64,000 nucleotides of DNA from Elsinoe ampelina (lineage: Eukaryota), in contig ML992501.1 in assembly GCA_010093995.1 (NCBI GenBank), positions 62,001-126,000 of the forward strand. Reading direction: 5' to 3'. Made by a program: the position numbers and the translations under genes. Under the pieces are notes generated by a model. The model was not told where the DNA came from, ran no database searches, and saw nothing but the letters and a program-made list of their open reading frames with translations. How positions within the stretch are numbered: the stretch's first letter is position 1; each line of letters opens with the position of its first letter. Shown one piece after another: positions 26,269-36,724 of the stretch.

Positions 26269-27200
26269 GATGGAAGCCGGCGGCTGAAGAAGTGGGTTTT
26301 TGAGATGCTTCGATCTGGATTGGTCGGCTTCACGGTATGACCACTTGGCAGATTGACTGGAAAAAAGCAAGGCGGGGACCGACACCGCGAGATGATGGAT
26401 ACAGCAGCAGATATAGTAGCACACTCAAGTCAGTATGGATTGGACGGGAGGAATGGAAGTGAGCTCGGAACATCATGAATCATCATATTGGGCAGCTGCC
26501 ACTTGCACTGAGAACTGTCATCTTTTCATAGTCGAGTGAATGAGAACACGCTGCTCCCGATCATTGACGTTCAGAAAAGATGACAGATTGATCGCAGCCG
26601 CCAGGGAAGTGAAGTGATGTGGTCAGCAGCAAGCTCCTTGGCGCCGTTCAAGGTTTCGCTTTTTCATTTCTTCTTCCTTTCCACTTTTCACTTCCGACAC
26701 ATACGAATGATCTATCGTCTAGAGCTTCATTGTGAGATCTAAGAATCGAGAACGAGGGGGAAGAATTTTGCGAGAGGGCCTCAGCCGCTTGCTGTCACAC
26801 AAAATGCAGCCCAAGCGAGTCTTGACAGGGCCATCCCTGCTGTCGGCCACGTGAGTAGAGTTTGCTCTTTGAATTTCTGTTATGAAGTTTTATTTTCTTT
26901 TGTCCTACCAGGCCGCTGTCTCAATCGTGTATTGTCTGCCAATTGCCGCCTACAAGATCGAAGAAGTTCAGCATTCCCCTGGGTTAGTAGATCCGCAATC
27001 TTGATCACCAAGGTTCTGAGCACTCTGATATCGACAGTGGCCTTGAGAACTCTCAACGATTGACTATCCAGTCTATATCATGATGGGACGTCTCGGCTAT
27101 AGGTCATCAGATCAACCTACCTGCCCACGGCAGACTCTTTCCTACACTGCTACAGTCTCAACAACAAGAAACAGCACCAAACCACGAAGATTAGACCATC

Positions 27201-27521
27201 ATGTGTCGTAACATGTATACCATTCACCACTGTCGCCACCAAGCCCGAGGCCCTTTCCTCAAACGCTGCGGACGAGCAGTCTTCCCAGTAGGCTGGCGAT
27301 CACCCTGTCCCAATGGATACAGCAACATGGCCATACGCCAAAAAACCCTTTGCGGCAGCGCTGAATGTATGCTCAGCGTGAAGAACGGAAGCTGGAAATG
27401 TTGCAACTGCGAGTACTTCACGAATCGAGATGTAGATTGTGATATTTGCGGTCATGAGGTCTGCTTTTTTTGCGACGCGGTGCAGTATGGCAACTCTGTG
27501 ATATCAACGAATCATGACTGA
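27201..27521 (+). CDS. Small Cys/His-rich protein, array copy 5
   Basis: MCRNMYTIHHCRH...WKCCNC...CGHEVCFFC; probable 3' intron 27485-27530. Confidence 0.82.
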   Translation: MCRNMYTIHHCRHQARGPFLKRCGRAVFPVGWRSPCPNGYSNMAIRQKTLCGSAECMLSVKNGSWKCCNCEYFTNRDVDCDICGHEVCFFCDAVQYGNSVISTNHD

Positions 27522-27865
27522 TCTGTGCAGGGTCTTTCGGTTGAGCTAATCAGGACTCTCTATGTTCTCGTCATGAAGCTACAGGTCTTGTGGTATGACC
27601 TCTCACGATACGACCAGAATTTCAGACGACCTTTCCGGTGGATCTGCAGGATCAGTACGAGCAGGACGTTTGTGACTCGGCTTTAGATCAAAGTTCAATT
27701 AATGTTTATCCAGCAGCTCAGAACAAGTGGCTGCTACTCAGATACCCCTTGCCTAATGGACATCTACGCTCCTTCAGCACATCTTCTTGTATGCTTTATC
27801 CCGGTATCAATTCGAGACCCTCTTGATACTGCCAGAGAAGCCGGCTCGTTCTGACTCAGTCAGCT

Positions 27866-28180
27866 CTACAATGAAGTATTTGGTACCAAGTACTCACACC
27901 GCGCAGTGCAATCCCCACATATCCCATGATCACACCCGTCGCACCTCGGATCTGAATTGTCCCTCTTCTTACATTCACAGCATCTCCAGCTACCGAACAA
28001 GTCACTCAAACGACACCCGACTCACCCACAGAGCTGCTGCGTGGATGTCATGTGTTGCCGGATGCCGATGCAGTACCCGACCTGATTCATGATCATGGGC
28101 AATCGTCGAGCACGGCATACGCTGAAACCATTCGACTGGGTGTGTAGGCAGCGAAAGACGACGGTGTGTTGGATGCATAT
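27866..28180 (-). pseudogene. Array copy 6, pseudogene (ATA instead of ATG, in-frame TGA); not in the ORF track
   Basis: Manual translation from 28180: ICIQHTVVFRCLHTQSNGFSVC...CIGIRQHMTSTQQLCG*VGCRLSDLFGSWRCCECKKRDNSDPRCDGCDHGICGDC; TGA at 28024-28022. Confidence 0.85.
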
Positions 28181-29013
28181 CTTGGTTCGGTTCTTGAAAT
28201 TGTTGGTGAATTGGGAGGATACTCGAAAGTCGAGATGGGCTGATTATGGAAGGAAAGAATGAAAAGAAGATACGACCGATACGTCCTGGCGATATCGGAA
28301 CCCCTAGCAAGCTGACCGGGCAGCGATTTCTGACTGCAAGAGCACAAGGCGTCTCAAGACTGGCTATCCTTATGCCATGAGATTACAGGACTCGGCGTTG
28401 TGGACTGAGTGCCAAGGAGCATCATGTTCTGCAACGCTACTGACGAGCAATGACTGGTTGGGGAGTCTCACGGTATAGTATGTACACCTTTGACAGGTCA
28501 AAGATGGGGATGAGCTGAGACTTAATCTGCGCGTTGGGCGAGGACTCAAGTGGCACAAGCAAGCGGGTTCCCGGTGGCAATCGATGGCCAAGCGCTCGTG
28601 TGATGATAAGCACCGAAGACCCGTACGCATACCGTCTCCAGCACCGACTCAGTCAAGATAGGGGTACTCTACCGTGGCTCAGTAGGCGGTTACACAGCGA
28701 ATAGCAGCGACAGGGGCCCAACCAGAAATGTAACAGGGAAGGAGACAGATCAGACCGGCAATGGTGATTCCCCCTGCAGATGAGCTTTCTGTCAACAGGT
28801 TGACCCAATCCCCGCCGATTTTGTTGGTGTAGATGGGCATGATCGAGACTCATACACAGAGAGTGATCAAGAATGAGTTTGATCGCAGAAACTGCATTTT
28901 GGTCTATTCTAACAAGCAGCAGCTCGGTCACATCTGCTCATTTCCCGCCAGAGATTATCTCGCAAGCTGCTTCGTCCTACGTTGTCAGTCTTCTGTCTGC
29001 TGCAGTGACGCCC

Positions 29014-29310
29014 TCACATACATCCTGGGCTACAGCTTCTGCAAACAGCATGCTCGCACTCATCGCATCTCGGCTCGCGATTTCCCGTTTCATCGCACTC
29101 GCAACACGTCCATACCCCGAGGAGCTCGCTAAGCCTGCAGCCGGATCTATTACAGAACGCGTTCGAACGCGTCATGAGATGGCGAAGGTTGGGACATTGT
29201 CGTCTTGACCCGTCGCGACGAGGATACGAGCTGAGGTATGCTTGACAAGCGCTGTATCCGTTCGGGCCGCTGTGGAGGCAGCGGTAGAGAAGTGTCCACT
29301 GTGTGCACAT
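29014..29310 (-). CDS. Small Cys/His-rich protein, array copy 7
   Basis: MCTQWTLLYRCLH...WTCCEC...CEHAVCRSC; probable 3' intron 28977-29021. Confidence 0.82.
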   Translation of the reverse strand: MCTQWTLLYRCLHSGPNGYSACQAYLSSYPRRDGSRRQCPNLRHLMTRSNAFCNRSGCRLSELLGVWTCCECDETGNREPRCDECEHAVCRSCSPGCM

Positions 29311-30302
29311 CTGTCAAAGCTCTGAGAATGGATCGGGCGAGTGTGTCTGTTGGATTTCGAGGTTTCGGGTGTGCTTTGAACTCCAACAGCTAGCGAAGAA
29401 GACCATATATCAACACTTCTCGGTCTTACAGTCTGTTTGGGGTCTGTCCAAGATAGGTAACATCTTTACCTATCACAAACTGCACAGAGCGACTAATGGT
29501 TGGTAGTCCTTCTCCATCTGACAGTAACGACCCAGGTCTTGTTCTGGGTATTGGTGGGTGAAGCTAGGTATGCGCGCTTCGCCTCCGAACGAGAAGACAA
29601 GTCATTGTTTTCCAGACGGGTTTTCTTGTTTGCTACTCTGTGTCCATAACTACCAGATTGCACAATCAATCATTTGCTTCCATTCAGCATGTTTGCGCCA
29701 CCACGGCAAGCAGCATAAACAAATGGACTGCAATTATGCTGCGCTCAATGGACATAGAGAGATGTTAGCCATCTGGGGATAGACAGAATGTAGTAAACGA
29801 TCGCTTTGTTGGCAAGTCGTGTCGGAAACCGTCCCCCAGACTACATAGGGTGCGTCTTCATCGATCGAGGGAAGCGTGGAGTCCCTCGAGTATAAGCTTG
29901 TGCTGTATGACATGAACACTACAAACAATTCGATCGGAACCCACATGACGCGTTGAGGCTAAGCGATGGGCTGTTTCAGTGTCAATGCATGATTTGCTTT
30001 CGCATTCTGTGTAAGTGTAACCACTTTGCCGCCCGTTTCAATCCCATCTATATCTCGTCAGGAACCCTTTCATTCTCAGCCACTTATTTTTTGTTCACTC
30101 CGCCAGGCCTCGAGTCGCTCAAGAGGTATAATTGGTGGTGACATGACATGTAGTACAGGAAGGAAATGAATCGCTGGGTTTCACTGTCGTGCTGACGCCG
30201 GTATGAGAAGATCCCAATCCAGGCCATATATTAAACGTCCTGATCTCATTCAAGGCCCCGTCACGTACCTTGCCCTGCTTCTACTTTCTTACCAGTACCA
30301 AC

Positions 30303-30572
30303 ATGTGCTCCCAAAACCAATACATCCACCGATGTGGCCACGCAGACGCGCTCGTGCGAAACTTCTACTGCTCTGACGCCCGAGAGCGCGACGAGGCTTG
30401 CCTGGTATTCCGCAAGACCTTCACCTACGGCAGATCCCTTTGTGGCTTGCCGCCGTGTTTGCTGCGGTACAATGGCAACTCGTGGTATTGCCATCGTTGC
30501 GGGCAGCACAATGGGGTGCTTGATTGCAGACACTGCGATCATAGGATTTGCGAGACGTGCGTGGCCAGGTGA
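30303..30572 (+). CDS. Small Cys/His-rich protein, array copy 8
   Basis: MCSQNQYIHRCGH...WYCHRC...CDHRICETC; TATATTAAA at 30227; probable intron from 30569. Confidence 0.82.
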   Translation: MCSQNQYIHRCGHADALVRNFYCSDARERDEACLVFRKTFTYGRSLCGLPPCLLRYNGNSWYCHRCGQHNGVLDCRHCDHRICETCVAR

Positions 30573-31222
30573 GCATCATCTTTGCTTGGCATCTGTCACT
30601 TTGCTGATACGGAACAGCAGATCGAGGAGGTTGGCACCGAGATGAGAGGATAGGAGAGATGAGGGGATGTTATAGGAAGGTAAATGGGGTCCGATTCAGC
30701 GTTTATAGAGAGATACGAGACACAATACTACCACAATTTGCTAAATCTTTCGCCTCTACACAAATCCAGGACAAGGTGACTCGAATTTCACGTGTCCGAG
30801 TTTGTGCCGTGCATCAAAGACTACTCACCTTGTGCTACTTACGGTGATTTGGTGTTTGTCACTTGTTTCAAATTTCACTCCTGTGTAAGCGTAACATCAG
30901 GCCATGCGGCTTATATGCAGGACTATCAACCCACACGCTTCGCTGGCTTTGTGATCACTCCTTTTTGACTGGCTCTTGACCCGGAAGACGGTCTGCATAG
31001 TACGAGGCCAACCTGAAAAGAACTCTTTTGAGGTCGACCACGGATGACCAGCAAGGATGATTCAAAGTCCCGCATCCTGATCTCGATCGACACCAGTGTC
31101 GCCTGTGATAGGATCGAATTATTCTCACTCAGCTGATACATATAAGAGGACCAGGCTCGAGTCGCCGAAGAACGACACACAGATCTGACTCATCGCCTAT
31201 CAGAACTTGTCAGTCCCCCATC

Positions 31223-31594
31223 ATGTGCATCTTCACTTACCTGATCCACCCGTGCGGTCACCCATACCCTGATCCAACCATCGAAAAATGTCCGGCAGCG
31301 ATACACGACGACTCTTGTGCAGGCGCTGCGGTAGGGTACCTACGCACAGACAGCCAATGTCCTCGACCAGATTGCCTCATGGAAACTTTCGAGGAAGGTC
31401 TATGGAGGTGCTGCCAGTGTGGGTATGTCGCGAACTGGGTGATAGACTGCCAGGATGAGGACTGCAGTCACGTTGTTTGCCTGGCTTGCCCTCCTACCAT
31501 GTATGTCAGCTATAGTGCTGGGCTGATTAATGTGGCTGACCATGTGGTAGTCCTCGGGAAGGAACGGCGTGAGCCGGGCGTGGCATTTTCTTGA
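31223..31594 (+). CDS. Small Cys/His-rich protein, array copy 9
   Basis: MCIFTYLIHPCGH...WRCCQC...CSHVVCLAC; TATAAG at 31141; probable intron 31501-31550. Confidence 0.82.
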   Translation: MCIFTYLIHPCGHPYPDPTIEKCPAAIHDDSCAGAAVGYLRTDSQCPRPDCLMETFEEGLWRCCQCGYVANWVIDCQDEDCSHVVCLACPPTMYVSYSAGLINVADHVVVLGKERREPGVAFS

Positions 31595-32472
31595 AGTAGG
31601 AGACGATTTTTCCAATTTGCGATGAAACACGCCCAGTCATATTTCTCCTTGCCTTATCGCTCATTTGTGGGCGAGACTTTGGGTAGCTGGTTGTACATAT
31701 TGCAGGACCATCTCAAATCTGAGTCGTACTACATCCATATAACGAGAGTCTTATCACGTATGGATCAGACGAGTCCACTTGCGAAGAACTACAGAGCGGC
31801 ATGCCGCGGGACGTCGCAAACGCGTCTGAGACTTTGACAAATCCCATGTCGAAGAAAGGTGGCTCTCCTCCCCACTCGCAAAAGTTCAAGTCCTCTCTAA
31901 CACTCGGCTGAGTATTGACTTGCTATACCTATAACTCCGTCAACACTGTAGTTATAAGCCTCAAATCAGGCTCACAGATAGTTCTGGTAGTTATTAGCTA
32001 CGCCTGTAACTACCAGATCTCTCAATCGAGTTCTCGTGTCGTAATAGCCATTGCAACAAGCCACACGTTTCGAGTTACGGAAAAGGGACCCAACCTTTTG
32101 CGAGTGGAGAGGCTGTTACGACCGAGCCTGTGAGTTCGATCACAGGGATTTGCGGGCACCCGCCTTTATCACCTCCTGTGTTACAGTTGAAGGCAACATG
32201 CAGTACTGGCCCGGATGTGCAGATGCGTGGACTCGTTGCGAGTCGGGACGCGCTGTATAAGACCAACTGTTAGGCGCTTGTGTTCGTTGCTGGTCGAGCA
32301 GTCCTTCATTAGCGCACAGGGCGCTTGATTTTGCGTTCTGTACATGCCTTGCTGGAATCTCGAACACGATGATCCTAGGTGTATGTATATACGTACACAG
32401 GACTACGCATGACAGCGTAAATTCCGAGCTGCTGTAAATTCTTCACCGACACAGACACTTCTCATCGCACCG

Positions 32473-32817
32473 ATGTGTTCTTTCATCTACACTCTATACA
32501 ACTGTGGTCATAGATCGGAGTCCTTCACCATTGGTCGTTGTCGGAGGGCCCGGGACGCACAATTTCGTCCTGTTCAGCCCGGAGACTGTCAATTGTCTCA
32601 AACGAGGTCTACACCGGCACCTGTAACATGCTCGAGGCCAGAATGCCTCTTGGCTTCCCGCGGATGGTTGTGGCGTTGTTGCCATTGCAACTTGGGGTCG
32701 AATTACTCCCATCGCTGCCGTCGAGATACATGCTCTCATGTCATTTGTCGTAGCTGTCCTCCAATGGTATGCAGACCGCATGGCGTTGCATCGACAACTG
32801 AGGCTTACATCCCATAG
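32473..32817 (+). CDS. Small Cys/His-rich protein, array copy 10
   Basis: MCSFIYTLYNCGH...WRCCHC...CSHVICRSC; TATATA at 32386; probable intron 32767-32817. Confidence 0.82.
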   Translation: MCSFIYTLYNCGHRSESFTIGRCRRARDAQFRPVQPGDCQLSQTRSTPAPVTCSRPECLLASRGWLWRCCHCNLGSNYSHRCRRDTCSHVICRSCPPMVCRPHGVASTTEAYIP

Positions 32818-33690
32818 GTCCTACAACTATAGTTCCTGTGAACGGGATAATTTAGTGTAGGATCCATTGGCAAAAAAATGAGAGGTCATTGGCTAGTGCA
32901 TGGTTTGCTTTGGTTTTTCGTATTTGCAGATCGACAGCAAGAGCTTAGTAGCATTGTCAATGAATGCTGCTTATCGGACCATAGGTTCGTGATCTCGCCA
33001 GTCAAAAAGTCCAGCTCCCCTGTGTAGTCATCTCCGAGTTGTTTGGATGTGGGTGCAATTTTCGCCAGTTCCAGACACCATAAAGCCATAGGGAGCCGAG
33101 AATGAGATCCCAATAAGTTTTGATGTTTGAGAGTGGGTTGCACATATACAATCAATGCAGCTAGTAGAGACAGCCCGTGGACCAGTGGCGCTGCACGTTA
33201 CTCGGACACTCTTCCACCACAGTCGTCGTAGAGTTGGCTCACTGCTGTCCCGACAGCGTGGTGCCACAAGAATTAGACATAAGGGGCCGCAAAGAACCAC
33301 TTCAGATACTGAGTTCAATCCTCCGCTCGTTCAGGGGATCAGCCGATGCAACGTTGTTGCTAGGTAGTGCGGGCGATTACACGGCCAGTAGTTTGGCGCT
33401 TGTGCTCTGGCTTGCGAGCAAGTCACCGTTCATTGTTGAGGAGCATGGGATTACTTGTTGTACATCCTGTTCGATTGGTTCAGACTTCCAAATTAGTGGA
33501 ACAGAGGACGTTCAGTCGCAGACCTAGCAGGTGGATCGTCTGATGTGGCCTAGCAGTATGGAGAAATCGTTTGAGCTGGTAAGGGCTTGGCCTATATATG
33601 TGCCTGCTGCCGTGTCCGTGTTTGACATGCTTTAGACATTTGCAAGATCAGGTCGATTCCTGGGAACCACTTCTACACATTTCTTTTAGC

Positions 33691-33975
33691 ATGTGCTACA
33701 AGCATATCCTTGTCCACCCATGCGGGCATAGCTATGGTGCGTACACCGTCTCGGAGTGTCAGTGGGCTGCTGCCCGAGGGGCCGCCCGATGCAATCCCCT
33801 CACGCCCTGGCGGCAGCGGACCACTGCCCTCTGTACGATGGCTTCTTGTCTCATTCGTGCTCGTGGCGGAAGATGGAAGTGCTGTCGCTGCAGATATGAC
33901 CAAAATTGGAGAGCCGAGTGTCAGAAGCTGGACTGCTACCACCAAATCTGTATGGCTTGTTCCAGAGGACGGTGA
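33691..33975 (+). CDS. Small Cys/His-rich protein, array copy 11
   Basis: MCYKHILVHPCGH...WKCCRC...CYHQICMAC; TATATAT at 33593; probable intron from 33972. Confidence 0.82.
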   Translation: MCYKHILVHPCGHSYGAYTVSECQWAAARGAARCNPLTPWRQRTTALCTMASCLIRARGGRWKCCRCRYDQNWRAECQKLDCYHQICMACSRGR

Positions 33976-34912
33976 GTGACCACAGCCAAATGTTGCCCTT
34001 CGTTTAACTGAAACCATTCAAGTGCATGAGAAGACTGCTGGTAGGAATGGTGGTCGTCGATCGGAATGGGGAAGACGAAGTGGGCGCTACGACATACTAT
34101 TGGTAGCGTGCTCGATCCACTCAAGGATGTGGCATGACTTGTTTTGCTAGTTGGACAAAAGGAGCGAGAGTTGCTGCGATATAGTCGCTGGAGCTAACAT
34201 GGTTTCTGGCTGGAGAGGTCGCCATCGATGGAACAGAATCGGTGGGCATGGTTCGGAGGTCATGCTCGGCCGCCGGGCAGCGCTAGTCGTTGGCAAAGGG
34301 CGAAGGCCAAAAGGCGAGGCGTGAGCAGACCTATTTACGATCGACATTGTTTGGTCTTTCGCTTAATTCGTTCTCGTCCTCGTTGCTTAATCCTCTTCAG
34401 CCGTAAGATTCATGCATTGGTGTGGCGGTATCCCGTGGTGCTCAGTGTGGCCAGATGAACACGCATTCTTGTCGCTGGTCGCGATACCATACTCAAGTTG
34501 GGAGCCCACCCAATACCGTACCGCTATGGACAAGCTGTGGCCGACAAGCCAGCCATTTGAGCTTCCTCACAACATGCCTTTGGTGATCTGATGAGAGAGT
34601 GTGCGACTCCCCCCACGCGCGGGCGACGAAACGGGCAGGTACGGAGGTACGTCATTTTGAGCCGCAGGTCGCCAAGTAGAAAAACCACCCACTGACCGAC
34701 CTCGATTGCTGACGATCCTCTGCCAGATCCGACTCGATAGGACTCCCACCAGATAACACGCGTATCTGCATCATATCCCCACCTCAGACCATGGACTGAC
34801 ACTTGAACGACATCTCCGCCTGCCACAAGACACCCGCCTCTGCCAGGCCGTCAGCATCTTCCGCATCGACCACGCCGACTGTAGTAAAGACAGTCACGCG
34901 ACCGCCTCTTCG

Positions 34913-36724
34913 ATGCGTCCTACTGTTCGACCCACCCTCTCTGCTCGCAAGTCCTCGACACTGCACTACCAGACCTTTCCTACCGCTCCTCCCACATCGA
35001 GAGGGAAGCCACCGCCGTCCTCCGATCAACCCTCCCTAGATCACCCCTCCAACCACAGCCGGAATGGTTCTCGCTCCTCCTCACACCATGAATCACCGCT
35101 ACCAAAAGGACAGCTTGCTGTCCTCGCTATCATTGCCCTTGCCGAGCAAACGGCTCTGAACAGCATATCTCCGTACCTGCCAGAAATGGCAGCAACTTTC
35201 CCAGAGGTGCATCCGGGACAAGTGGGGTTGTATGTCGGATTGATAGCATCAGCGTTCGCACTGGCACAGTTCTCCACGAATTTTTTCTGGGGATGGCTCA
35301 GCGATCACATCGGACGAAAGCCAGTGGTTCTTACAGGGACGGTCTTGACCGCAGCATGCTTCGTGGCATTCGGGTTTTGCAGGACATTATGGCAGGCAAT
35401 ACTGGTGCAAGCTCTAATGGGACTGGTCAATGGGAACCAAGGTGTTATAAGTACATGTCTTGGGGAGATCACGGATCGATCGAACCAGAGCAAGGCATTC
35501 ACATACTTACCTGTGGTATACGGCATTGGAGGTATCACGGGGCCTCTGGTGGGAGGCCTACTGGTATGGAAAGAGAAGCCATGGGGAGATGGTGGCGCCA
35601 ATCCATACCCGTATCTGCCACCTAACCTGCTCAGCGCAGCGGTACTGATCGTGGACGCGGTCATAACTTTCATCTTCCTCGAGGAGAGCTTAGAGGAAGC
35701 GAGAGATCTGCCCCCACTTGGAAGGAAGGTTGAGAATCTTTTCACCTGGATCTGGCAATTCACGGGATCTAGTACGAGACCAAGCTATGTCAGGCGAGCG
35801 GCAAAGACACAAGAAGTGGAACAGTACGAAGCACTTCGAAGAGGTGAATCCAGCGGGATGAGCGATGATGAAGAGTCGGTCGACGAGGAGGAAGAAGACG
35901 ACGAGGAAAGCAGCTTGCTGCGAGACAGTCAGCAATTGAGCGCCAAAACGGTCTTCAACCGAGATACGATACTATTGCTCGGGACTTTTCTGCTATTCCA
36001 GCTGGGCAACATCTCCTTCAACTCACTGTATCCGATCTTCGGTCAGGCAGATCCACCAATTGGACGCAACTTGACACCTGAAGAGAATGGAGTATCATTA
36101 GGTTTCGCCGGAGCTGTCACCATTGTATTTCAAATCGGTGTGTTTGGCAAGATGCGGGACGAACTGGGCAACAAGATGTCGTACAGAGTGGGCTTGCTTG
36201 GATATGTCATTGCATTCTTCCTCATGCCCTTTGTTGGCTACAAGGACGGCAAGGATGGCACCGGCTCACCCACCCAACACGGCAAGGCCATTCTTTACGT
36301 CGAGCTAGGTGCTGTCCTCATCATCAAGACTATCAGTGCAGTCGGCTGTTTGACAAGCTCGTTGCTGCTGGTAAGTCCTGCATTGAATGGCAGCAGATCA
36401 GGACATTGACTGACCCATCCTTAGATTACCAATTCCGCTCCAAATCACGCAGTTCTCGGCTCGTTGAATGGCCTGGCCCAAACACTTTCGGCAGCCGGTC
36501 GGGCAGTAGGACCATTCATATCTGGCGCACTCTTCACAGCATCCACGCATGTCAGACCAAAGGGCGAAGCGGTTGCCTTTGGTGTCTTTGGCGGCATTAT
36601 CTTTGTTGGATTTCTGCTGAGCTTGGGCATCCGTGGGGAGAATCTTGAGGCTGAGGGGGTCGACGAGGAAGAAGAGGAAGGAAGCGAGGACGATAGTGAC
36701 GAGGAGAGCACTGTCGGTCGGTGA
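34913..36724 (+). CDS. MFS transporter (drug:H+ antiporter-like, YCR023C/ZIF-like)
   Basis: PLPKGQLAVLAII..AEQTALNSISPYLPEM, motif A WGWLSDHIGRKP, GEITDRSNQSKAF; intron 36371-36424; C-terminal NGLAQTLSAAGRAVGP. Confidence 0.9.

Noticed and set aside
28679..28840. 53-aa minus-strand ORF MPIYTNKIGG... between copies 6 and 7
   Set aside because: Lacks the array motif and any other support
23443..33975. Interpretation as secreted cysteine-rich effectors, hydrophobins or classic metallothioneins
   Set aside because: No signal peptides. The His/Trp/Asn-containing spacing fits zinc binding rather than hydrophobin disulfide patterns, and aromatic residues and length are unlike classic metallothioneins.
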